From an uncultured Bifidobacteriaceae bacterium (GTDB lineage Bacteria > Actinomycetota > Acidimicrobiia > IMCC26256 > JAENVU01): a stretch of DNA of 45,210 bases. The notes beneath the pieces are model-generated. The model did not search any database and had not been told where the DNA came from. It was given only the letters and a program-made list of their open reading frames with translations. Within the stretch, counting starts at the first letter, position 1, and each line of letters opens with the position of its first letter. The translations under genes were made by a program, and so were the position numbers. Shown piece after piece: positions 24,370 through 33,588 of the stretch. The stretch covers positions 1-45,210 of the forward strand of contig CAZXCB010000002.1 of assembly GCA_964639075.1 (NCBI GenBank), in the 5' to 3' direction.

Positions 24370-24714
24370 GTTGGTGGCGTTCCCCCAGCTCGCGAGCGCG
24401 GTGTCCGGATGGCCGCGAGCGACTCCGGTCCACCCGACGGATCGAGCGGATGAAGGCGCTTCCGAACCAAAAAAAGCCTACGAACCATACCATTGCGCCA
24501 AAGCCGGCCGCCACGGCCGGAAGCACCAGTCGAGTCGCAAGGCGCGGTCGTCACCCGCCGGGCGGGAGGTCGGGCCGAGTCCGGAGCGCGGTCCGGGGTT
24601 GGGCCGGATGACCCAACGACCCCGGATCGGACGCCCGCTCGACCCCGGAGAGTGGTCGCACGGTGCTTCGACGTCACCGCTACAGTGTCCGCCCCAGCTC
24701 CTCGTGGCCCCACG
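24370..24714. promoter_or_regulatory. Longest non-coding gap in the window; divergent promoter region and long 5' leader
   Basis: 345 nt. Contains an A7 run at 24469-24475 within the most AT-rich patch of the window, and a perfect 7-bp hairpin (ccggccg-cca-cggccgg) at 24504-24520. Confidence 0.4.
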
Positions 24715-25827
24715 ATGCAGATCCTCTTCGTCTCGAGTATCGCCGCCGGCGGGTCCGGAATGTCCCAGCGTCAGCTGGCGCGGCGGCTCGTCGGGAAGGG
24801 TCACGACGTCGAGATCCTCGCCGCCACCCCGGACAGCGCGGTGGTGCGACCCCTCTACGACCGGCTCGTCGACGCGAGCACGCGGCTGCGCTCGACGCCG
24901 GCCCGCCCGGCGCTCCTGCGGGTCCAACGACGGCTCGGCCGTCGGACCCGGCGGACCGACACGTCGGATCACCCGACACTGCTCGCGGCCGTGCCCGAGA
25001 ACGCGTTCGCGAGGATGGCGCTCCGCCGCCGACCCGATGTCGTCGTGGCGAACAGCATCGATCGGGTCTCGTGGCGGCGCTTGCGCGCGCAGTTGATCCA
25101 GGCGGGGATCCCGAGCGTCCTCTACCTCCGTGAGGCGTCGAGCATCGGTCACCTCACGCTCTCCGCCGCGCCGCCGGATCTCCTGCTGGCGAACGCGGAG
25201 AGCCATGCGACCCGAGCGCGGGCAGCGGGCTTCGAGTGCGAGGTGCTGCCGTCGGTCGTGGAGGTCGACCCCGTCGAGTCGGCGCGCCGAGTCGTCCTGC
25301 TCGTGAACCCGATCGAGATCCTCGGGGGAGATCGCATCTGGGCGGCCGCCGCGGCCCGTCCCGACATCCCGTTCGTGATCCAGGAGTCGGGTCTGCTCGA
25401 CGAGCACTTCCGGGCCGACCTCCTCGATCGCGCGTCCCAGGTGCCCAACGTCGAGGTCCGGCAGTTCTGCGAACGACCCGGTGCGCTGTTCGCGGACTGC
25501 CGCGTGCTGCTCGTCCCCCACCGCGTCGACAACCGCCCGCGCGTGGTGCTCGAGGCACAGGCGAGTGGTATCCCGGTGGTTGCCAGCGCGCAGCCCGGTC
25601 TCATCGAATCGGTGGGGCCGGGCGGTGTCATCGTGGACGACACGGACGATCCGGCTCCGTGGATCTCGGCGATCGGCGGCCTGTGGGACGACCCGGCGCG
25701 CTACGACGCGATCGCCGCGACGGCACGCGAGCACGCGTTGCGACCGGAGGTCGACGCCGAGCAGATCGCGGCGCGCTTCGAGGCACTGCTCGTCGACCTG
25801 GTCGCACGGCGCGGGGTGCGTGCGTGA
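24715..25827 (+). CDS. Glycosyltransferase, GT1 superfamily (GT4-like)
   Basis: 370 aa from MQILFVSSIAAGGSG. C-terminal GT-B motif (NRPRVVLEAQASGIPVVAS). Confidence 0.8.
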   Translation: MQILFVSSIAAGGSGMSQRQLARRLVGKGHDVEILAATPDSAVVRPLYDRLVDASTRLRSTPARPALLRVQRRLGRRTRRTDTSDHPTLLAAVPENAFARMALRRRPDVVVANSIDRVSWRRLRAQLIQAGIPSVLYLREASSIGHLTLSAAPPDLLLANAESHATRARAAGFECEVLPSVVEVDPVESARRVVLLVNPIEILGGDRIWAAAAARPDIPFVIQESGLLDEHFRADLLDRASQVPNVEVRQFCERPGALFADCRVLLVPHRVDNRPRVVLEAQASGIPVVASAQPGLIESVGPGGVIVDDTDDPAPWISAIGGLWDDPARYDAIAATAREHALRPEVDAEQIAARFEALLVDLVARRGVRA

Positions 25828-25841
25828 GACGCGCGCCCGCT

Positions 25842-26633
25842 CTAGGCCGGCGTGTCGACGAAGCGCGCGACTGCCTCGGTCCAGGCCTCCCGGGCCGCCG
25901 CCCGCTGTGCCGGCGGACCCTGCGCGGAGAACCAGTTGTGGTACACGATCCCTCCGTAGACGGTGCCGATCACGCCCGGGCCCCGGACCTCGGAGGGCAT
26001 CACCAGCCCGACCCGACCCGGCTCACGCATCGAGATGCGCTCGGCGACGTCCCACGACTCGCCGGCCTTGAATTTGCCCGGCTTCCAGGCGGAGCGCATG
26101 AACGAGTGGTGCCGGTCCCGGAAGTCGCGCGTGCGCATCGCCAGCATGCTCGGGTGCGCGAACCCGCGGTGCATGGCGCCGCCGACCACGACGTTGCCGG
26201 CCTCGAGCCGACGCCGGAGCTCGTCGAGCCAGTCCGCTCGAACCGGGAACGCGTCGACGTCGAGGGTGGCGAAGTACTCCGTCCGCACGAGCGAGGCGGC
26301 GATGTCGAGGCCGGGACCGTGTCCGAGGTTGATGGGCAGGAGCACCCGTCGCACCGCGGCGCCTTCGAGGACGCGCCGCGAGTCGTCCTTCGAGGCGTTG
26401 TCCACGATGATCACCTCGACGCCGGGGCTGAAGCGGTCCAGCGCGCGCAGCAGATCGACGAGGAACCCGGCCGTGTTCCAGTTGACCGCGAGCACCGTGA
26501 ACTCGCCCGGGCGCAGGGCGCGCCGCCGGTGGCGGGCGAGGAACCGGACCGTCCACGCCGCGGTGGTACCGATCGCCCGGGTGATCGTGAACTTGCCCCG
26601 CGACACCAGCGACGAGAACCCCGGGCGCGCCAT
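25842..26633 (-). CDS. Glycosyltransferase family 2-like (paralog of 28283..29272)
   Basis: 263 aa with FTVLAVNWNTAGFL...IIVDNASKDDS and LDVDAFPV. Confidence 0.75.
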   Translation of the reverse strand: MARPGFSSLVSRGKFTITRAIGTTAAWTVRFLARHRRRALRPGEFTVLAVNWNTAGFLVDLLRALDRFSPGVEVIIVDNASKDDSRRVLEGAAVRRVLLPINLGHGPGLDIAASLVRTEYFATLDVDAFPVRADWLDELRRRLEAGNVVVGGAMHRGFAHPSMLAMRTRDFRDRHHSFMRSAWKPGKFKAGESWDVAERISMREPGRVGLVMPSEVRGPGVIGTVYGGIVYHNWFSAQGPPAQRAAAREAWTEAVARFVDTPA

Positions 26634-26680
26634 GGCGGCGCATCGTACTGGTGTGCACCGTCCGGTCGCGACGGCGTCCG

Positions 26681-27541
26681 ATGGAGCTGAGCGTCGTCAT
26701 CGCGGCGCGCGACGCCGCGCCGACCCTCGACGAGCAGCTCTCGGCGCTCGCCGCACAGGTGTGGGACGGAACGTGGGAGGTCGTCGTCGTCGACAACGGG
26801 TCGACCGACGACACGCGCGACATCGTGCGGCGCGCGGCAGAGCGGTGGCCGGCGCTGCGGCTGGTCGAGGCGACCGACGGCGTCGGACCGGCATACGCCC
26901 GCAACGTCGGCGCGCGGGCCGCTGCGGGACGATCGCTCGCGTTCTGCGACGCGGACGACGTCGTCGCACCGGGATGGGTCGCGGCGATGGGCACCGCGCT
27001 ACGGCACGAGGAGCTCACCTGCGGTCCCGTCGACATCGTCACGCTCAACCCTCCGTGGCTCGCGGCATCACGCGGGACGACCGGGACGAGGGCGGCCGCG
27101 GTCTTCGAGGGCCGGTTCCCGTTCGCGAGCTCGTGCAATCTCGGGATCCGCCGCGACCGCTTCCTCGACGCGAACGGCTTCGACGAGGACCTGTTCGCCG
27201 GCGAGGACATCGACCTCTCCATGCGGCTCTTCTGTTCCGGCGTCACCCTCGTGTTCGTGCCCGACGCGCTGGTCCGATACCGGTACCGACCGACGTTGCG
27301 GTCGACCTTCGAGCGCGCCGTGGTCTACGGGCGCGTGCGCCCGCTCATCTCGGAGCGCTGGAGGGCCCGCCGACGCGACGACGCCGTCGCGCGCTGGCGC
27401 GGGGTGCGCAACTACGCGTGGCTGGTTCGTCACGCGCCCCTGCTCGGATCCCGCGCCGGTCGGGCTCGGTGGCTCTGGGTCGCGGGTCAGCTCGTGGGCA
27501 CGCTCGCGGGCTCGCGCCGGGTACGTCGGCTCTACCTCTGA
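26681..27541 (+). CDS. Glycosyltransferase family 2 (paralog of 29364..30245)
   Basis: 286 aa from MELSVVIAARD, with VVVVDNGSTDDT, AYARNVG and FCDADDVVAPGW. Confidence 0.8.
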   Translation: MELSVVIAARDAAPTLDEQLSALAAQVWDGTWEVVVVDNGSTDDTRDIVRRAAERWPALRLVEATDGVGPAYARNVGARAAAGRSLAFCDADDVVAPGWVAAMGTALRHEELTCGPVDIVTLNPPWLAASRGTTGTRAAAVFEGRFPFASSCNLGIRRDRFLDANGFDEDLFAGEDIDLSMRLFCSGVTLVFVPDALVRYRYRPTLRSTFERAVVYGRVRPLISERWRARRRDDAVARWRGVRNYAWLVRHAPLLGSRAGRARWLWVAGQLVGTLAGSRRVRRLYL

Positions 27542-27569
27542 GGCGTCGGGTCGTGGCCGGGCGCGCCGG

Positions 27570-28286
27570 TCAGCCGCGCCGGCCGCCGCGCAGCGAGCGG
27601 CGCAGTCGGCCGAGGGTGCCGCGGATCGTGCGTCGCGCGGCCTGGATGCGCAGCGCCGCGGGACGATGGAAGCGCTGCTCGGTCCACTCCTCGTCGAGCG
27701 AACCGTGGCCGATGCGCTTGAACGCGACCCACTGCGACCCGACGTGGAGTCGCTCCCACCGGGGGTCGTGCTCGAGGTACCGGCGGAGCTCGTAGGGCGC
27801 GGCCAACTGCGTGTCGTCGACGATGAGGATCCCGCCGTCGATCAGGTGCGCGGCCGCGTAGTACCAGTCGAGCTGGGGGAACGGGAATCCGTGGCAGCCG
27901 TCGACCATCACGAGGTCGAGTGGACCGGGATCGAGCGTGGGGAGCACCTGGCTGGACGACCCCGCGCGGAGCGTCACCGCATCGAGGCCGACGTCGTGTC
28001 GGCCGCACCAGGTGCGCACCGCCTCGCCCTCGCTCGCGTGGAGGAACACAGCGGTGTGGTGAGCGCCGGCGGCTGCGAACACGATCGTCGTCGCGCCGCA
28101 GCCGGTTTCGAGCGAGCGTGTGCCCGGACGTACGCGCTCGCCGATGAACTCGAGGCAGTCGTGTGCCGCGGCCCAGACACCCGTCGGCGCGCCGTCGTGC
28201 ACCGGCGGCGGGTCGAGGTCGAGGTCGGCGATGACGTCGGCGATCGGACGCCGCGCGGCATCGGTGGACGGTTCGGTCTCGTTCAT
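27570..28286 (-). CDS. Class I SAM-dependent methyltransferase
   Basis: 238 aa from MNETEP. Motif I is SLETGCGATTIVFA; also DLVMVDGCH...GGILIVDD. ATGA overlap with the upstream GT2 gene. Confidence 0.7.
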   Translation of the reverse strand: MNETEPSTDAARRPIADVIADLDLDPPPVHDGAPTGVWAAAHDCLEFIGERVRPGTRSLETGCGATTIVFAAAGAHHTAVFLHASEGEAVRTWCGRHDVGLDAVTLRAGSSSQVLPTLDPGPLDLVMVDGCHGFPFPQLDWYYAAAHLIDGGILIVDDTQLAAPYELRRYLEHDPRWERLHVGSQWVAFKRIGHGSLDEEWTEQRFHRPAALRIQAARRTIRGTLGRLRRSLRGGRRG

Positions 28287-29272
28287 GCGCTCATCCCGTC
28301 CGACGAGCCGGAGGTGGGCCGGTCGTCGAGGAACTCCGCGATCGCCTCGGCCCACGCGTGCTCGACATCGCTCGGCGTGAGGCCTTCGACCGCGATGTCG
28401 GATCGCAGCCGCGTCGACGCGCCGTTGTGGTACACGAACCCGCCGAAGACCGTCCCGAGTTGGAGTGGACCGCGCACGCGGGTGCGCGGGAACGGGTGGA
28501 CCCGTGCCAGGCCCTCGCGGCGCGTGATGCTCTCACCGGTGTCCCACTCGCCGCGCCCGAGACGCTCCGGGTCCCACGTGCCGACGTGGGGCGTGAACGT
28601 GTGCCGCCGACGCGCGAAGTACTCCGTGCGCATCGCGAGGCAGCACGGATGGATGTAGCCGCGGAGCGCCTGTGCGCCGGCGACGAGCTTGCCGTCGCGG
28701 AGCGGCTGGAGCAGCGTCGTGAGCCAGCCGGAGCTCACCGGGAACGCGTCGACGTCGAGCGCCACCACGTACTCGGTCCCCGCGCGCAGGAAGGCGAGGT
28801 CCATCGCCGGGCCGTGGAAGACGTTCCGGGGCAGCAGGACCGTGCGGAGCCGGCCGGCGCGTCGCTGGCGGCGCAGCCACGCTCGGCTGCCGTCGCTGGA
28901 CCCGTTGTCCACGACGAGGATCTCGAGCCGCCCCTCCGGCGGCGGGCCGAACCGCTCGAGCGCGCGCACGACCACGCGGAGCAGATCGAGCGAGTTCCAG
29001 TTGACGATCGCGACGGTGACGCCGCGCCGGAGACCGAAGGCGGGGAGCGGCGAGCGCGCCTGGAGGAGCACGCGGATGCGGAGCACCCGGAAGAGGAGGT
29101 TGAGCGGACGGTTCAGCGCCATGTCGTCGAGCGCCGACGCGCGCCAGGGCGGCGTGAAGTCCTCGAGGCGCGGCCCACGGAACCGTTCGGCGCGGCGCTG
29201 GATGGCCGACCAGATGACCGACGCCTGCGAGGAGACTGAGGGCAACTCGGTCCTCGGCACGGGCGCCATCAT
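28283..29272 (-). CDS. Glycosyltransferase family 2-like (paralog of 25842..26633)
   Basis: VTVAIVNWNSLDLL...LVVDNGSSDGS and LDVDAFPV. Start taken at MMAPVP (29272) because GC3 stays high down to that point; ATG 29122 is an alternative. Confidence 0.75.
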   Translation of the reverse strand: MMAPVPRTELPSVSSQASVIWSAIQRRAERFRGPRLEDFTPPWRASALDDMALNRPLNLLFRVLRIRVLLQARSPLPAFGLRRGVTVAIVNWNSLDLLRVVVRALERFGPPPEGRLEILVVDNGSSDGSRAWLRRQRRAGRLRTVLLPRNVFHGPAMDLAFLRAGTEYVVALDVDAFPVSSGWLTTLLQPLRDGKLVAGAQALRGYIHPCCLAMRTEYFARRRHTFTPHVGTWDPERLGRGEWDTGESITRREGLARVHPFPRTRVRGPLQLGTVFGGFVYHNGASTRLRSDIAVEGLTPSDVEHAWAEAIAEFLDDRPTSGSSDGMSA

Positions 29273-29363
29273 ACGTGGCAGGGATCTGCGCTCGACGCGG
29301 CCCGTATCGGCGCTCGGAACGGGCGGACCGAGCGCCGGCACCGGACGGATACGCTCCGCGGCC

Positions 29364-30245
29364 GTGACCGAGCCGGCCGGAACCTGCGATCTCTCCGTCG
29401 TGATCCCGGCGCGCGACGAAGCGGAGACGATCGCCGACCAACTCGACGCGCTGGCGCGCCAGGAGTGGGACGGCTCGTGGGAGATCGTCGTCGTCGACAA
29501 CGGCTCCACCGACGACACACCGGGGATCGTCGAGCGGGCCGGTGACGACGACCCGCGGATCCGGCTGGTCGCGGCCACCGAGCGCGCCGGGCTCAACTAC
29601 GCACGCAACGTCGGCATCGCCGCGTCGCGCGGTCGCAGCTTCGTCCTGTGCGACGCCGACGACCTCGTCGCGCCGGGCTGGGTGGCGGCGATGGGCGACG
29701 CGCTGGCGGCGCATCCCCTCGTGACCGGTGCCCTGGAGCTGGATCTGCTCAACCCCCGGTGGCTCGCCGACTCGCGCGGCCGGGGCGACGAACGGGGACT
29801 CCCCACCTTCCACGGCATCTTCCCGACCGTCCACGGCAACAACATGGGCATGCAGCGCGCCGTCTGGGAGCAGCTCGGCCGCTTCGACGAGGACGTGATC
29901 ATCGGCTCCGACGACGTGGAGCTGTCGATGCGGGCATGGTCGTGCGGCGTGCCGGTCACGTTCGTTCCCGGTGCGGTGGTGCATTACCGCTACCGCTCCG
30001 AGCCGGGAGCGCTGTGGCGGCAGGGTCGGAACTACGGCCGCTCCCGACCGCTCGTGGTCCGGCGTCTGCGCGAGCGCGGCCTGACGTGTCCGAGCCGCAT
30101 CGCGGGCTGGCGTTCGTGGGCGTGGCTCGTCGCCCACGCCCCGGACCTGCGGCGACCGGAGGGCCGAGCCGCGTGGGTGTGGGTCGCCGCGAACCGCATC
30201 GGTCACGTCGAGGGATCCGTGCGGTACCGCAGCGTGTTCCTGTGA
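29364..30245 (+). CDS. Glycosyltransferase family 2 (paralog of 26681..27541)
   Basis: GTG 29364 gives VTEPAGTCDLSVVIPARDE, with IVVVDNGSTDDT, NYARNVG and LCDADDLVAPGW. Confidence 0.75.
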   Translation: MTEPAGTCDLSVVIPARDEAETIADQLDALARQEWDGSWEIVVVDNGSTDDTPGIVERAGDDDPRIRLVAATERAGLNYARNVGIAASRGRSFVLCDADDLVAPGWVAAMGDALAAHPLVTGALELDLLNPRWLADSRGRGDERGLPTFHGIFPTVHGNNMGMQRAVWEQLGRFDEDVIIGSDDVELSMRAWSCGVPVTFVPGAVVHYRYRSEPGALWRQGRNYGRSRPLVVRRLRERGLTCPSRIAGWRSWAWLVAHAPDLRRPEGRAAWVWVAANRIGHVEGSVRYRSVFL

Positions 30246-30256
30246 CCGCTGCGGGG

Positions 30257-31390
30257 TCAGCGGCGGGGGCGACCGCGGGCGTCAGCCGCCGACGAGTAGA
30301 CCGCTCGGAGCGCGGCTCCGACGCGTGCCGGTGACTGATCGATCGCGACCGCGCGCGCGCCGTCCGACGCGCGCTGCCACGCTTCCGCATCACGCAGCGC
30401 CGAGGTGATCGCCGCGGCGAGCGCGTCCACCGAGCCGGCCGGGACCGACCACCCGGCCCCGGTGCGAGCGACCGACGCGGGCAACGCCCCGACGTCGGTG
30501 ACGACGGCGGGGAGGTGGCTCCCGAACGCATCGTGCAGCACGCCGCTCTGCGAGCTGAAGGCCGTGTAGGGAAGGACGGCGAGGTCGGCGTCGCGGAACA
30601 GCTCCACCTTGCGTGCCGGTGTGATCCACTCGATCTCGGCGTCGAGGTGGGGCAGTCGCTTCGCGGCGGTCTCCACCGCGGCCTCGAGGTCCGCGTCGCC
30701 CCGGCCCGCGATGCGGAAGCGGATGCCTGCGTCCGGGCCGATCTGCTCGATCGCGGCCAGCAGCTCGGGGATGCCCTTGTTGCGCCGCAGCGTCCCGAAG
30801 CACAGGACCGTCGGCATGGCCGAGAGCGTCCTCCGGTCGTCGGCGTCGCGCAGTGGCGATACCCAGTGCGGGACCACATCGATGCGCGACATCGGGATCG
30901 CGAACCGGTCGCGCAGCTCGGCACCGACGTCCTCGTGGTGGACCACGATGGTGCCGCAGGCCGCGTACAGCGCGGCGAGGAGTCGATGCTGCACCGGCGC
31001 CGGCAGGCGCGGCTGGTGCGGGAGCACGTCGTGCACCGTCGTCACCAGCGGCACCCGCCGGGCGAGCCGACGGAGCTCGACGATGTCGGTGTACTGGTTG
31101 AGGAAGGCGACGTGGGCGACGTCGAAGCCCCCGCTCCGCACCGCCGCGCGCCGGGCGCGTGACCGCGCCAGGTAGGTCCGGGTGCGGGACGCGAGCCAGC
31201 GCGGCGACCCTTCCGACCTCGGCGCGACGTCCGGCAGATCGGCGCGGATCGTCACCTGCGGCGTGGACGCGCGCGGCGCGCCCGGACGGTCGATCGCGTG
31301 CACGGTCAGCGTGTCGCCGGGGCCGGGAGTGGCACGCGCGAGCTCGATGTCCTCCTCGCGTGCGAACGGCCAGTACCAGTAGATCCGCAT
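30257..31390 (-). CDS. Glycosyltransferase, GT1 superfamily (GT4-like)
   Basis: 377 aa from MRIYWYWPF. GT-B C-terminal half present (FGTLRRNKGIPELL...SSQSGVLHDAFGSHLPAVVTDVG). Confidence 0.8.
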   Translation of the reverse strand: MRIYWYWPFAREEDIELARATPGPGDTLTVHAIDRPGAPRASTPQVTIRADLPDVAPRSEGSPRWLASRTRTYLARSRARRAAVRSGGFDVAHVAFLNQYTDIVELRRLARRVPLVTTVHDVLPHQPRLPAPVQHRLLAALYAACGTIVVHHEDVGAELRDRFAIPMSRIDVVPHWVSPLRDADDRRTLSAMPTVLCFGTLRRNKGIPELLAAIEQIGPDAGIRFRIAGRGDADLEAAVETAAKRLPHLDAEIEWITPARKVELFRDADLAVLPYTAFSSQSGVLHDAFGSHLPAVVTDVGALPASVARTGAGWSVPAGSVDALAAAITSALRDAEAWQRASDGARAVAIDQSPARVGAALRAVYSSAADARGRPRR

Positions 31391-31493
31391 CGGCTCCGTC
31401 TCGTCGGTCCTCCGCGTCCTGGTCCGCGCGGTGTGGTGACGCGGCGCGGAGCGTACCGGCGGGTGAACCGGCGGATCGGGTCCCGGTATCCTG

Positions 31494-32441
31494 GTGCCGA
31501 TGGCCCCGATCCTGCTCGCCGGCGTGCCGCGGTCGGGGACCTCGTGGACGGGTCGGGCGCTCGGCCTCACGCTCGGCACCCGCTACGTCGACGAGCCCGA
31601 CGGCTTCCGGGACGCCTTCGCCTTCAAGGTGATGATGGAGCTCGGCGAGAACGCGCAGCTCGAGCCCGGCGCGGCCGCGCCCGACTATCGCCGGCTCTGG
31701 GCCGGTGCCTTCGCCGGCGGGCAACGCGCGCCCGGGGCCCGAGCGCGCTTCGGCGAGTGGACGTACCACCGGGCGGGGACCCCGGCCCGCCAGCATGCCC
31801 GCGCCGGGGGTGAGCCGTCCCGCTGGCTGCGGGCGGCGTTGGCGAACGCCGCACCGCCGGTGGCCGATCCGCATGCCCGCAACGTGCTCGTGAAGTCGGT
31901 GCAGTGCGCGCTGGCCGTCGAGTGGCTCGCGCACGAGTTCGCACCGTCGGTGGTGGTGCTGTTCCGGCACCCGCTGAACACGATCGCGAGCTGGCGCGAG
32001 ATGGGCTTCGTCGCCTCCGAGACGAGAAACCCGCGGGAGCACGAGGTCCTGACCGCGTTCGCGGCCGCGCGCTGGGGCGTGGAACCACCACCGGCCGATG
32101 CACCGGCGATGGCCCACCACGCGTTCGAGTTCGGGGTGTTGACGAACGCGCTCGTCGACGCGGCCGCCGCACACCCGGAGTGGATCATCGCCCGGCACGA
32201 GGACCTGTGCGTCGACGCGCCGGCGCGCCTGCGCGCGCTCGCCGAGCAGCTCGGCCTCACGTGGACCGACGCCGCCGAGCGCTTCCTCCGCGACTCGGAT
32301 CGTGCCGGCGTCGGGTTCGCCACCACGCGCGTCACGAGCGACCAACCGGATCGATGGCGCGAGCGTCTCAGCGTCGAGGACGTCGATGCGATCCGCGGCG
32401 TCCTGCGAACCTTCCCGGACCGCGCGCTGGCGGACAGCTGA
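31494..32441 (+). CDS. Sulfotransferase-family protein
   Basis: 315 aa. 5'-PSB loop LLAGVPRSGTSW; 3'-PB-like VLVKSVQ; RHPLNTIASW. Start is GTG 31494 or ATG 31500. Confidence 0.75.
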   Translation: MPMAPILLAGVPRSGTSWTGRALGLTLGTRYVDEPDGFRDAFAFKVMMELGENAQLEPGAAAPDYRRLWAGAFAGGQRAPGARARFGEWTYHRAGTPARQHARAGGEPSRWLRAALANAAPPVADPHARNVLVKSVQCALAVEWLAHEFAPSVVVLFRHPLNTIASWREMGFVASETRNPREHEVLTAFAAARWGVEPPPADAPAMAHHAFEFGVLTNALVDAAAAHPEWIIARHEDLCVDAPARLRALAEQLGLTWTDAAERFLRDSDRAGVGFATTRVTSDQPDRWRERLSVEDVDAIRGVLRTFPDRALADS

Positions 32442-32445
32442 GCGC

Positions 32446-33588
32446 GTGACCGACGCGCGGACGCATCCGATCCGGGTGCTGTGGCTGGTGAAGGGGCTCG
32501 GCCCCGGCGGTGCGGAGCGGCTGCTGGTCGCGGCCGCCGCGCACCGCGACCGAGCGCGGTTCGCGGTGACGTGCGCCTACCTGCTGCCCTGGAAGCAACA
32601 GCTCGTGCCCGAGCTCGAGGCGCTCGGCGTCCCGACGTTGGGCCTCGACGTGCGGGACGAGCGCGACGTGCGATGGGCGGTGCGGCTCCGCCGGCGGCTC
32701 GCCGCCGAGCCCGTCGACGTGCTGCACGCCCACTCCCCGTACCCGGCCGGCATCGCCCGTCTCGTCACGCGCACCCTGCCGCGGCGGATCCGGCCCCCGA
32801 CCGTGTACACGCTGCACAACACGTGGACGAGCTTCGCCACCCCCACCCGAGTGCTCAACGGCTGGACGATGGGCCGGGATGCGGCCGATTTCGCGGTGTC
32901 CGACGTCGTGCGCGACACCCTGCCCGAGCGGCTGCGGGCGCGGACCGAGGTGGTCGTCCACGGCGTGGACCTCGATGCAGTGCGCGCGCACGCCGATCGT
33001 GAGGGTGCCCGCGCCGAGCTGGGGATCGGCTCGGACGAGATCGTGTTCGGCACCGTGGCGAACTTCCGGGCCCAGAAGGACTACCCCAACCTCCTCGCGG
33101 CCGCCGGGGTGCTGCGCGACCGGGGCGCGCGCGTGCGGATCGTCGCCGTCGGCCAGGGTCCGCTCGAGGCCGAGATGCGCGCCGAGCACGCGCGACTCGG
33201 CCTCGAAGGGCGCGTGGACCTGCTCGGCGAGCGGCCCGATGCGGTACGGGTGATGAGCGCGTGCGACGGCTTCGTGCTCGCCTCCAACAACGAGGGGCTG
33301 CCGGTCGCGGTGATGGAAGCACTCGCGCTCGGTCTCCCGGTGGTCGGGACCGCGGTGGGAGGCATGGCGGAGGCGGTCGACGTGACGAACGGCGTGCTGG
33401 TGCCGGCACGTGACCCCGAGGCGCTCGCCGATGCGATCGAGACGCTCGCCGCGGACCCGGCGCGGCGCGCCGAGCTGGCCGCGGGCGCGCGCCGGTCGTC
33501 GACCCGCTTCGACATCGCCCGGTCGGTCGAGCGGATCGAGGCCGTGTACGCGCAGGTCGCGCGTCGAGACGACCGAGCGCAGCGTTGA
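32446..33588 (+). CDS. Glycosyltransferase, GT1 superfamily (GT4-like)
   Basis: GTG 32446 lies 4 nt after the sulfotransferase stop. Has VLWLVKGLGPGGAERLL and FVLASNNEGLPVAVMEALALGLPVVGT. Confidence 0.8.
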   Translation: MTDARTHPIRVLWLVKGLGPGGAERLLVAAAAHRDRARFAVTCAYLLPWKQQLVPELEALGVPTLGLDVRDERDVRWAVRLRRRLAAEPVDVLHAHSPYPAGIARLVTRTLPRRIRPPTVYTLHNTWTSFATPTRVLNGWTMGRDAADFAVSDVVRDTLPERLRARTEVVVHGVDLDAVRAHADREGARAELGIGSDEIVFGTVANFRAQKDYPNLLAAAGVLRDRGARVRIVAVGQGPLEAEMRAEHARLGLEGRVDLLGERPDAVRVMSACDGFVLASNNEGLPVAVMEALALGLPVVGTAVGGMAEAVDVTNGVLVPARDPEALADAIETLAADPARRAELAAGARRSSTRFDIARSVERIEAVYAQVARRDDRAQR

